Assembly: GCF_001194135.2 (NCBI RefSeq) | Contig: NC_068983.1 | Span: 149,393,208 to 149,457,207, forward strand | Length of the DNA stretch: 64,000 nt | Direction: 5' to 3' | DNA from: Octopus bimaculoides | Taxonomy: Eukaryota | In this document: piece after piece, positions 48,706-59,963 of the stretch | Layout: each line of letters starts with the position of its first letter | How positions within the stretch are numbered: position 1 is the stretch's first letter | Made by a program: the position numbers and the translations under genes | The notes under the pieces: generated by a model | Seen by the model: only the letters and a program-made list of their open reading frames with translations | What the model was told of the DNA's origin: nothing | The model's database searches: none

Positions 48706-49369
48706 GTAATTTTTATTTATTTTTTTTTCTTCTCGCTCTCTCTGGTTCAGCAATTTACTATATTTCTGTTACTTTCCTCTTTCTTTCAAACTGCATGACT
48801 ACCTCAGTATAATATTATTTTTACTACCATAAAGTTTCTAGAATAATAAATCTAATTACTGCTATAGTAATCTACTGCTTTTTTATGTAGACATTTTTGT
48901 TTTATTTAACAACTTAGATTTTCTTTCACATTTTTTGGTTTAAAAAAAATCTAATCCACAACAATATTAAAGTTTACATGTTATTGAATAGTAAATTTAA
49001 GTTACAAGTAAATTGAGTTATGACTATGTTTTGTGAAATATCTCTATCTCTGAAGAGTTTTAGTATCTCTACAATAAAAGGAGTGTCGGTTTCTAAAAGC
49101 TTTTCAAGATTGACTGAAATTTGTGTAGCAATTTGTTTTCCTCTGTTTATGAGGCTTGTTCTCTAAAAAATGTGGTTCCCACAGAGAAACGAAAATATTT
49201 CTATTTCTTAATCAACAACAAATAATTATAATAATGTATTAGTGTTTCTTTTATGACCCTTGATATGTAGATAAAAATGTGCATTTAAAAAAAGAAATTT
49301 TTTAATGGTTCATTCGTTTCATCACTTAAATGGTATAACAGCAAACAATAAATAATTAACTTTGTTAAA

Positions 49370-49975
49370 AAGCCACAAATTTGTGGTGAGGGTGTCTAAT
49401 CAATGTGACCAATTTCAACGTATGACTGGTATTCAACCCTGGAGAGATGAAAAATTTGGACTTTGAATGTAAAAATATGGAATGAAATGCTGTTAAACCT
49501 TTAGTTCGTGTTTTACTGTTTTTGCCAACTCACTAATCCTGGAATAATACTAATAGCAATAATGATTTCTTACATAGATAGAAGACAACTTTACTTTAGG
49601 ATAAGTGTAACTTGTGGAACTGAACTTAATGTACTTCTGGTCGTCCTTTATCAACCCATAGACAATGAAGGACAAAATAAACTTTGGATACTGCAAAAGA
49701 GCTAATCTGAACCTTTACTGACTCTAACTATCCTTAATGCTTCCATAATAACAATTTATAGTATAGCTACAAGGCTCCAAACTTCCAGGAGGCTGTAGCT
49801 AGTTAGATTGACCCCCAGTATATGACTGGTGCTTTTTTTTTTTAGCATTCTCAAAAGAGCAAAAGGTAAAGTTGACCTGAGTAGGATTTGAACTCTGAAG
49901 ATTTGAGTGCCTAAGTACACATGTGATTTTGCCTACTGCTCCACAGTTTCTACTGTTTATTTGCCCCTCTCATTA
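49370..49975 (-). mobile_element. Two SINE family B copies (about 49370-49500 and 49755-49975)
   Basis: CAAAAGGTAAAGTTGACCTGAGTAGGATTTGAACTC and ACAAGGCTCCAAAC tail motifs. Confidence 0.65.
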
Positions 49976-50759
49976 TAATAATGATAAAGAAAACCTTTTA
50001 TTTTAATACTGCTTTCTTTTTTTAAGCACTATATCAGTATTTTCAAGGAAGTTGGTATGGGTAATAAGAACAAAGTCCAGTGAATTATTTATACTTATAT
50101 TATTGGCATCAACCAAGTCTGCTCTACATTTTCATTTATAATAAAAATTATCTATGTAATATATAATTTATTCATTAGTCATCTTTTCTCTTTCTTGTCC
50201 GATACTTCAAAATTAACTTTATCTTTGTAATACTTTTTATCATTATTCAAATACACCAATACTATTATTTATGAATTATTGGTTTGTATTGCTTGTCATG
50301 GCAACCCTATTATGGCTGTGGTGTTTAGTTGTCAGTGTACGTTGTGCAAAATAGGTCTCCAGCCATAACAATAGCTATACACATTTTTGGCTCGTGCAAA
50401 CTTTTCTAAGGCCAATCATGTTAACGTACAATTTTCCCACTGATTTTATAATAAAATGCTTTCAAATATCTATAAGAGCAATAAGTGGGAAATGTTCTAA
50501 ATGTTTTCTGTTTCTGTCTTTTTTTTATTTTCTGTTTTATATTTCTTGATGTTAATGAATTTGAAAAAATATCAACAAATCAAATAAAGAATTATACTTC
50601 TTGGTATGTCAATAGGTGTGACGTTATTTTATATGCCTCAATTCTCCTACTAGATTTTCTGTGAAAGTTATCTGAAAAGATATGGTGCTGCACAACCAAA
50701 ATCTGGTTAATGTCTCATCTCCTTCGTGCTGGATAAAAATATATATAAAAACTTTCCTG

Positions 50760-50965
50760 CTTTCTGTATCATTGGTCATAAAGGATGTTGTTGATTAGGT
50801 CCATGTCAGCTCTGATCCAGTTGACTTAAGATCAAAGATCAGGCATGATCATCTTTTTTTCAAGCATATTCTATCGAGGACTATCTTATCTAACATGGCT
50901 TTCCTTTTTAAGATGGTTTAATGAACATTTGGCTGCTATTTCTTTAGATTGAATGACCACATAGA
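50760..50965 (-). mobile_element. Repeat family C copy, inverted
   Basis: GTTGTTGATTAGGTCCATGTCAGCTCTGATCCAG...ATCAAAGATC...ATTTGGCTGCTATTTCT. Confidence 0.7.
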
Positions 50966-51119
50966 CAAGCCCTCACCTTTTTAGTAATGCTCCACAAAGG
51001 ACTAAGAACTTCACAGTCACGCTTTTTCATTATTATTTATAGTAAGGAAGTGGGACAGTGCTCAAAGCCCTTTCAGGTCCACCCAGATTGATGAAATTGA
51101 CAACTAATGTTAGCCAATA

Positions 51120-52020
51120 TTCTTGACATCATCATTTTACATTTGCTTTCCATTTTGGTATGGATCCGATGGGTTGTCATAACAGCTTTCTTCTTCAGTA
51201 CTGCATGTTGCTGATTATCTTGGTCTTTTGTCATTCTCTTTGCAAGGTATAACCTCCTGAGATCCATCTTCACCACTTCATCCCGTGTTTTCCTAGGTCT
51301 TCCAGATCTACAGATCCCATCAACTTTGAAAATCCTGCACTTATTTATACAGCTGCCATCCTCTATATGCATCAAATGCCCATACCAGTGCAATCTTTAC
51401 TCTCATACTCTACATCTGGTTTATCTTATACTTAATTTTTTTACAGCTCATTTATTTTGATTTATGTACACTAACATTACATATCCAATGGAACATTTCT
51501 CACTCTATGTCTTTTTAGTCTTCACAAATTCTCTGCATTCAGGGCTTATATCTCACTCCCATACAGCATTGCAATTCATGCATAAACATCATTCAATCTG
51601 CCTTTCACTCTGAGAGAAAATCCTTTGCAGCCAGCTGTAGTTACAGCTTCCTGAACTTTTTCCAATCCTGGTTACTCTACTTTCTGGACACTCACCTCCA
51701 TTGCTAATTCTGTCATCTACATAAGCTTTTAGGGAATCATTTGGGCAGTTGAGAAAATCTGTTTCCTGTGTACTTTAGTACTTACTGTCCTCTGTGCATC
51801 TGCTGCATGCAAAAACTTACTTTCCTTGTTAGCCTGCTTATGATTTTACATTTTGTACCACTCTGTTTTACATTGGGAACATTATATGCAATTTCAACCT
51901 ACTCTTTATGTATGTGCTTAGTGATCATGGCCATTTCCCTGGTGGTATCAAAATCCTATCTTCTTTCCTACATCCTATCCTTTAGTATTTGCTAAGTTTA
52001 CTTTGGAGGTCTCTCAATTT
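51120..52020 (-). mobile_element. Old RTE LINE ORF2 C-terminal relic
   Basis: HWYGHLMHIEDGSCINKCRIFKVDGICRSGRPRKTRDEVVKMDL, with upstream GKWP/FSLRVKGRL motifs. Confidence 0.85.
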
Positions 52021-52889
52021 AAGGTCTAATTACCCTGTAAAAATTTTTTGGATGCTGCATTGTACTCCTTTTTCCTATATTAATTTTAGTGTGACTTATT
52101 TTGTTGCAGCTACATTTTGACTAACATGCTACACCTGTCAATCCACATCTCAGCACCTAAACAGTTCCCACATTTTAAATATATAAAGAAGAAAAATAAA
52201 TTAGTACCAAATATATTGCTTCAATTTTTTTTTTTTTTTGTGTGTGTGTAACTGTGCAACTTTTATCCAAGTTTGTTCTTCCTGTTTCAGGAAATTATTT
52301 TCCACATTCCTCAAAATTGTAACTGAATCTGACATCTCTCCTTCTACATAATACACCCAAACAGCTATACATTGTGCATGGTTTTTGTTTATCTTGTACT
52401 AAAATATAAAAAATAAAAGTGCTCAGTACAACTTTCTTGAACGTATCTAGAGTCTTATATATGTTAATTCACATGAGATAAACAGGGATAACACAACTCA
52501 GTCACTATTTCATTTGGTCACTTGACCTACACCTGCAATAAGATGGTTCTAGATGATGTAATCTGTACAGATTATAAGTTGTCCTCCATTATACATAAGT
52601 AGAGAATACTTTCTTAAATTCTTAAGAAAGAATTTGGGCATATGTTGGCTAATCAAAATTAATGTGTTTTTTTTTTTAATTGAAGAAATAAGAAAAAAAT
52701 TTTTTTCTTTTAAACTTTTGAAGAAGAAATTTAGAAATTTTTTTAAACAAATACGTGGAAAGTTCGTTGTGGTCCTTAAAACTGTTATTTCAACTTTGGG
52801 GGGAAAAAAGGAAACACTTTCATTAACCTGAAATGAATTCATGAACATAACTCTCTTTTTTATCATTGATGTTTGTATTCTTTTTATTG

Positions 52890-52955
52890 AAATCGTCCAA
52901 CCCATGCTAGCATGGAAGGCGGACATTAAACGATGATGATGATGATGATGATGAT
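52890..52955 (+). mobile_element. Minimal young RTE insertion (hairpin plus (GAT)n tail only)
   Basis: AAATCGTCCAACCCATGCTAGCATGGAAGGCGGACATTAAACG(ATG)n. Confidence 0.9.
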
Positions 52956-53102
52956 ACATTTACTTAAAACAATTATAAAAACAATAAAGACAGTAAGAAA
53001 GGGAAAAAAATGTTCATACATTCATTTCACATTAATGAAAGTGGTTTATTTTTCTCTAATGTTGAAATATATGCATGCATACATATACACACATACATAC
53101 GT

Positions 53103-53254
53103 TCTCAGAGTGGTTGGCATTAGGAAGTGCATCCAGCCATAGAAACCTTGCCAAATCAGATTGGAATCTGGTGCAGCCCCCTGGCTTATCAGTTTTCAGT
53201 TAATCCGTCTAACCCATGCCAGCATGGAAAGCAGACGTTAAACGGTGATGATGA
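53103..53254 (+). mobile_element. RTE terminal module
   Basis: CTCAGAGTGGTTGGCATTAGGAAG...CCCATGCCAGCATGGAAAGCAGACGTTAAACGGTGATGATGAT. Confidence 0.85.
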
Positions 53255-53296
53255 TACATGTATGCATGCATGCAAACATACATTACATAAATGTGT

Positions 53297-53430
53297 AGGT
53301 AAAGGCATGGCTATGTGGTTGAGAAGTTTGCTTCTTAACCATATGGTCTGGAGTTCAGTTCTGCTGGGTTTATCAATACTTTGTGAGTGAATTTCGTAGA
53401 CAGAAACCGTACAAAGCCCATGGCGTATGT
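53297..53430 (+). mobile_element. SINE family A, 5' part
   Basis: GGCATGGCTATGTGGTTGAGAAGTTTGCTTCTTAACCATATGG...GAGTTCAGTTC...TTGTGAGTGAATTTCGTAGACAGAAAC. Confidence 0.7.
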
Positions 53431-53655
53431 GTGTCTGTGTGTGCTTAAAGCTGGACAAGTCAGTACAAGAGAGACATGTAATGAACAGTTACACATTTAT
53501 CTTTATCTGTTAACCTCTCTGTTATCTCCTTCTCTTACTACTGTCATTGTTCTTTTTATCTTAAATATATGTATCTTTACCACCATACAGTGATAAAATA
53601 ATTATAGTTGGATTATGTATGTGTAGACATCTTTCATCTAATGTAGTCCTGTTGT

Positions 53656-53882
53656 CTATGGCAGCGATTCAACATGTGAAGATGTAAATAAAGTATCTTT
53701 CTTGAGAAAGCAAGGAAAAATTGGCTTGTAGAAGGACATCATGCTATAGATTCCTTCCTCGGGAGTACTGTTCAACCAAGCTCTATGGAAAAAGTCAACA
53801 GAAGAAACAATTGTGGTAGTGATGTTGATGATATATGCATACATTTTGTTTTGTGGTACAGAAATAACTTTAAAATACACCC
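53656..53882 (-). CDS. Candidate minus-strand terminal exon (G)VYFKVISVPQNKMYAYIINITTT...SSHVESLP*
   Basis: Acceptor ctatgcatttctattacag|GG, then 74 open codons to TAG. No homology recognised. Confidence 0.25.
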
Positions 53883-53975
53883 CTGTAATAGAAATGCATA
53901 GTGTAAACCATGTTAGTATACAAGATAAACAGGGTTACATATGACAATCACACATGTATGTACACACATACCTAT

Positions 53976-54370
53976 TGTTGGCACTCCTTCGCTTACGACG
54001 TCGAGGGTTCCAGTTGATCAGATCAACGGAACAGCCTGCTCGTGAAATTAACGTGCAAGTGGCTGAGCACTCCACAGACACGTGTACCCTTAACTTAGTT
54101 CTCGTAGATATTCAGCGTGACACAGTGTGACAAGGCTGACCCTTTGAATTACAGGCACAACAGAAACAGGAAGTAAGAGTGAGAGAAAGTTGTGGTGAAA
54201 GAGTACAGCAGGGTTTGCCACCACCCCCTGCCGGAGCCTCGTGGAGCTTTTAGGTGTTTTCACTCAATAAACACTCACAACGCCCGGTCTGGGAATCGAA
54301 ACCGTGATCCTATGACCGCGAGTCCACTGCCCTGACCACTGCCCTGACCACTGGGCCATTGCGCCTCCAC
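53976..54370 (-). mobile_element. SINE family D, full length, tRNA-derived head, with target-site duplication
   Basis: Head GTGGAGGCGCAATGGCCCAGTGG (A box) ... GGTTTCGATTCCC (B box). CACACATACCTAT at 53963-53975 and 54368-54380. CpG-rich, so young. Confidence 0.9.
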
Positions 54371-54843
54371 ACATACCTATATGCAAGCATATACATGCAT
54401 ACTTATACACACACTAAGTTACATTCTTCAATAAAGTATATTTCAATTATGAACTTATAACTTTAACTTTCTTTTCTAGTTGTTTCTCAGATACTAATTT
54501 AAATTCAGTTAAAAATATTGATGCTGATTTCGTTTTTCCCTACCCCTTATTTTAAAGATTTTAGTGACCTGACTGTATTAACACTGATAATCAGTTAATA
54601 TTATTGCTATTGCAGTGTACTTGATGTTGTTTATTATTCTTTTAATGAAATGAACTCAATTTACTTACCAAGTTGTCTTTTGTGATGGACATATTTTTAC
54701 TATTTTACCATATATAAGTGTTTATGTGTAGGGGAGATGGTGAGAGAAAAACATTACCTTAAAACTAGTATGATTAAATTAAAGCTGAATGAGACCTAAT
54801 AAATTCCAAAATTCCAAATTCTTTGGTTTGCCAGTTTTGTATT

Positions 54844-54886
54844 CTCTCTCTCTCTCTTTCTCTTTCTCTCTCTCTCTCTCTCTCTC
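54844..54886. repeat. (CT)n microsatellite
   Basis: Read directly. Other simple repeats: (CA)n 2626-2649 and 36720-36756; (TG)n 8403-8428, 16081-16099 and 57605-57632; (CT)n 41813-41848. Confidence 0.95.
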
Positions 54887-57596
54887 AATGAATGTAACTC
54901 CTTTGCTCTATTATAGTTTTCCTATTCTGTAAATTTCCACTATATNNNNNNNNNNNNNNNNNNNNNNNNNNNNNNNNNNNNNNNNNNNNNNNTATATATA
55001 TATATATATATATATATTGTTTTGTCTCCCCCTACTAAGCTCTTCTTACATTCGTATTTTAATCAAAATTTCCTTCTTTTTTTTTTGTGTTTTTGTTTTG
55101 TTTTGATGATATGGGTTAGTTAGGTATCAAATTACTGTTGCATTGTTGTGGACAATCTTCAGGTGTACTTATGACATGTTTCTGGCAATATCTGTTAATT
55201 CTTCCAAATTCTTTCTTATAAGTAACTGCTTTTTTGCCAGTAAAAATATAAATTGCCTAAACCTCTCAGAGCAACAATTCATTTCCACCTCACCTTTCTT
55301 TTCTTCTTAGAATATGAAGACATAAAAGGGAGAAGTGATAACTGTCTCATTCAACTATATACATTATTTCATAGCCCTCAGTATTTTCCCAGCACTTTAG
55401 TTTTTAGTTTTTTAGTTTTTCTGCCTATTTATTTATCTATTTTGCATTTCTTCCAGAAAAGTTTAGATAATACATGGTGATTTTGATATAAATGCTATTT
55501 TAAAAGAGAATAATTTGATAATGTAATGTAGTGCATGTGGATGACAGTGACTAGTTTTCACATAGTTAATAGAAATGGCAAGCAATAGATAATGACAAAG
55601 TAAAATGCTAATAATATGAGAGGAAGGTTCTGCCAGACATATGTAATACAATGCACAAGGAAAAGTATCCAACAGTTTGCTATTTTCAAAAACACTTTAT
55701 TACTTTTTGGTTATATAGTTAGTGAGAATGCAAATACATAGAAAGTATGAAATATTGTATGGAGTATTTGTTTTGTAATGATACCACTTCAATAAAGAAG
55801 TTAGCTAAATTATTTTACATTATTATCTCTATTTGTTCATTTATTTATTGCTAACATTGTTTTGCTTTATTCAATTTTTCCTACCTCTAAATCAAATATA
55901 AAGTAAGTGATGTGTCTATTATCAATTAGACAGATTGAGATGAGCAGATCAATATGCTTTGCATAGGATCACAACACAAACCAGGAACTTTTTTTATACT
56001 TGTTTGAGCTGATCAGTGTAGCAACTAAATCTCCCTCATCAAATTCTTGTCTTCAAAATGGGGACAACAATGGTTTAAGCTCTAAATCTTTTTGTAACAG
56101 GCCTCGCTATAAAAACAGAATGGTTGCAGTTGGAATACCAGTTAAGCAATGCTGACTTGGATTACTCAACAACGAGATGGTTTCAACAAAACAACTTGTG
56201 ACCACCTTGTATAATCCAGTGCTTTACCCAACAATAATTGTCTGACAGATATTTATACATGCCAAATAGACTGAAGCAAATAGAGTAATGTGCACATATT
56301 TTATTGTCTATAGCAAGATTTGAACTTGTGACCTTTGCTTATGGTGTCATATGTATGGCATTTGAGTGATTTGAATGTTGCACAACTTACCCAAATGTCC
56401 TGAATTTGAAATCACATTGAGGAAGACACCGAAGTTTAAAGTACATATTACAACTGGTTCATAGAAAATATTGAAAATTGTTGTAAAACAGCTAAAACAA
56501 AACTGGAATGATTGATTCTATAAAGAGGCAAAAATATTATGTAATATATCTGGCTGAATCATGAAATAAAGTGAAGAAATTACCAGCAATCGAGTTCTCA
56601 GTTGTAGACAAGGTAAATTAGCAGACAAAAAGAAATTAACTATGTGTTTGCTTCAAAAAAGAAACTACAAGTACAGTATTCTTTGAAGAGCAAAGATGAA
56701 ACCATTCATCCAAATAATGACTGTAACAAGTAGATTGTAAAGGGTAAGATATTTTGGAATGGTTATTCATTCTACAGACTAATGCCATGTAAACAGTCAG
56801 TTGAGTGACTTTATATGATTCAGGTATTCAGCAGTAAATGTTGAGGAAGGAGAATTGAATGTTTAACTAATGACATAACTGGGTAATAAAACTGCATTGC
56901 AGACTATTCTGTTTACCATTGGAGTGTAAGAAGACTTCTTCCTTCTTTTTCAGCTATGTACCAAACAAAAATATTGCTAAGAATTATTATCATTGATATA
57001 TTTTATACTCACACTCTTTTTCATTCACTTTTACTTTGTTGTTTTAATCCATGTGTAAACCTTATATCTTGTATTATTTGTAGTGACTAAATATTTTAGA
57101 ATTCCAGTCGAGCATTTCAATTCTAATTTGCATTACTAAAGTTAATCGTGCTCCCCCCCCCCCCCATAGTTTTCTAATGGTAGATTTTACCAGTCAGAAT
57201 AGAATTTAATTTAGAATAGTTTTATTGATTGGGTTGTTAATATCATCTTCTGAAATGCCAGTAATATTGTCTCAGAATTATCTACTATAACTATTATTAT
57301 GAAATATGTAAGAACCCAGAAACTGATATCCAAATGTGAAAATACAATGACTAATGAACTAATTAATCTTATTTACCACCACAGGGAAATAGTAAAATGT
57401 GGCTTTCATAAAGGTTCAGTAATCAGTGTAGAAAAATAAATAGCTTGACTAATCGCAGTCCCCTTATTTAACTGAAGGTTCTTATATCTGATATAAAATG
57501 ATCTATCATATCAGTTTAAACTTGTTAATCAATAATTTTGTGATATTTCATATACTTTAGATAAAAGAACCAGCTTAACATAATTGAAATGTTTGT

Positions 57597-57632
<36 letters not shown>

Positions 57633-58570
57633 AAGTGAGAGGGAGAGAAAGAGGAATGATTGACTATAATTTTAAGTTTTGTAAATTACTTTGCAAAAGT
57701 GTTTATATTTAAAAATCTTTTTTCATATTTATTTTCCTATATTTTAAATCAAATATTTTGAAGCTAGATGCTATTTATGAGAACAAAGTTTGTTATAAAG
57801 ATCATGAATTACTTTTCTATTGGAAGATGATAAATGCAAGTTGAGCTATATGCCCTTCACTCAGTGCACAAACACATCCGCTGTTTTCCTGGATGAACTA
57901 AGAACCAGTTACCTTCAATCTTCTATTATGTTCAACAAGAGACTTTTTATTTGATGTCATAGTATTTCACTACATTTGAAATATTGGCAAATTTTCAAGC
58001 ATACCTGGTTATTAGGAATCACATTCTATATGTTGCTCAACCATTCTTAACAACCACTTTACTATCTTCAGATGCTTACAAAACTTGCACAGATTTCTTG
58101 GGAGAATAGATTATTTATCCTTTATTTAGAAATTCACATATCGGTAGAATGCTGGATAAGATATTTTACAGTATTTTTCTATACACGATGTTGTTATCAT
58201 CCTTTCAGCTTGTTAAAACTATTTGTAATAATCTTGTATTGATTCAATAAACTATAGATCCTGTTCTTTCCAAAAGAAATTTAGAGTAATATAAATCTAC
58301 TCATCTGGTTACAATGTTGTAGTTTCTATACAAAATGTCTAATTATCTCCCTTATACTGTTTCTTTAAATACAATAAAGTGCTAGGGAAAATAACTGTCG
58401 ATGATTTGATTAAACCTTATATAAACGTTATTGGAGATATTTTTTTGCTCAGTGTTTTTCGAAAGCTGCGGTCTATAATTATATATTTTAATTGGGAATA
58501 CGCAGCTCCTCAAACCACAGGGACAAGCACACACACACACACACACGAATACGATCCTTTCCCTTTACAG

Positions 58571-58692
58571 ATATAAAAGCTCTTCTATACTGGTAACTGA
58601 ATATGGCAAGGCATTTTGTGTGCCACCCACCATGTTTATAACCCAATACCTCATACATTTTCATGGACAACGACATGATTTTATCCATCCAA
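58571..58692 (+). CDS. Candidate coding exon (x)YKSSSILVTEYGKAFCVPPTMFITQYLIHFHGQRHDFIHP, unidentified protein
   Basis: Strong acceptor gatcctttccctttacag| and donor CAA|gtatgt. 122 nt; the only open frame of three gives 40 codons. Confidence 0.45.
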
Positions 58693-59902
58693 GTATGTTT
58701 ATTTCAAGTGATGTTTTTATGGTTGGTTGTCCTATACGTGTCAGCTATATGTCTATTAAAATCTAATAGCTGTCATTGTAGAAAAGAATTAGAGCCTCTG
58801 TTTTGTTTTAAAAGGGAATTATTATATGATTCTGAAATCTTTATAAAATAAAACATTAAATTTTATTTTTTACACTGTCATAGGTTTGGTGTAATAACTC
58901 AACTGCATCAACTCACACACACATGCAACTTTCAGATATATTAACTGTAGTTTATCGAATGAAGTGTCATATCTCAATGATATGCTGTTAGATGGTGTGT
59001 GGTTGCATAAACTCATACCATTTCTAATAGGTATTTGGATAATTTATAAGCTCTTTTCATAGAAACCTATTTTGAACCACTGAAGATATTTGTTGTGTTC
59101 TGGTTATTTATTTATGTTTCTTTTTTTTTAATGTTATAGATAGAAATGTTTTTGATATTTTTATTTATCAACCAGTAATAACATTATAGAACATTAGTTT
59201 TACTAAGCAATGTGTCATCCTGAGATTTCTTATAATCTTTGAAAAATAACTAGAAAACAGTATAAATGTGTTCTTATTTTGATGAGTGTTCTAATAGTTT
59301 TTGTGATCATTCTGTACCAACTTATCTTAGTAATTGTCAGATTGTACTGTATTGATGAGGTCTGATAATACCAAAACATGTCTGGAATTATCACTGTACT
59401 GCCTATAATCATACTCATTCCATACTGCATTCTATTTTGAATTACTTCAAATACAAGGATTATTTCTTTCTCTTGACATGAGTTAGTTATTAGGATATTT
59501 TTTTTCTCTTTAGTTCTAGTAATAAATTTAATACATTAAAATTTCACTTGCTTTAGAAAATATTAATTTATTTATTTGGCAAATAATTTGTAATGTTCAG
59601 TGTACAAAAAATGTTTTGATACTTGAGCTTAAAATGGGTGTGTATGTTTTAAGAGCAGCTTCTTAAACTTTGCAGTATCATGCAGTTTTTGTTTTTTCAT
59701 TCTAAAAACCTTCTATGTCAAGCACCTATTTTTTATTTACATATTCTTTGAATATTCTCATCTTATTTTTTGGTCTTGACCTTAACTATACTGATCTCAT
59801 GTTTTTCATATCTCTCTCATTTGGTATGACCTAGTCTCCATTGTGGTCCTTCTCTTTTGAATGATTATATTGATAATATGCATAAATGTGATATCTTTTC
59901 AG

Positions 59903-59963
59903 TCACATCCCATTCATGCATAAAGAAAGGTCCACATACACACACTCTTTTACTGAAGGCAAG
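59903..59963 (+). CDS. Candidate 61-nt exon
   Basis: Acceptor gatatcttttcag| and strong donor AAG|gtatgt. Two open frames; the phase-1 frame (I)TSHSCIKKGPHTHTLLLKA is compatible with the 58571-58692 exon. Confidence 0.4.

Noticed and set aside
54300-54370. tRNA gene
   Set aside because: A and B boxes are present, but it is the head of a 400-bp SINE with a TSD, with no complete cloverleaf or terminator.
56660-56890. Splice-site pairs (AGG|gtaaga at about 56743; ttctacag| at about 56777)
   Set aside because: Stops in all frames and weak partner sites. They could be non-coding exons but are unsupported.
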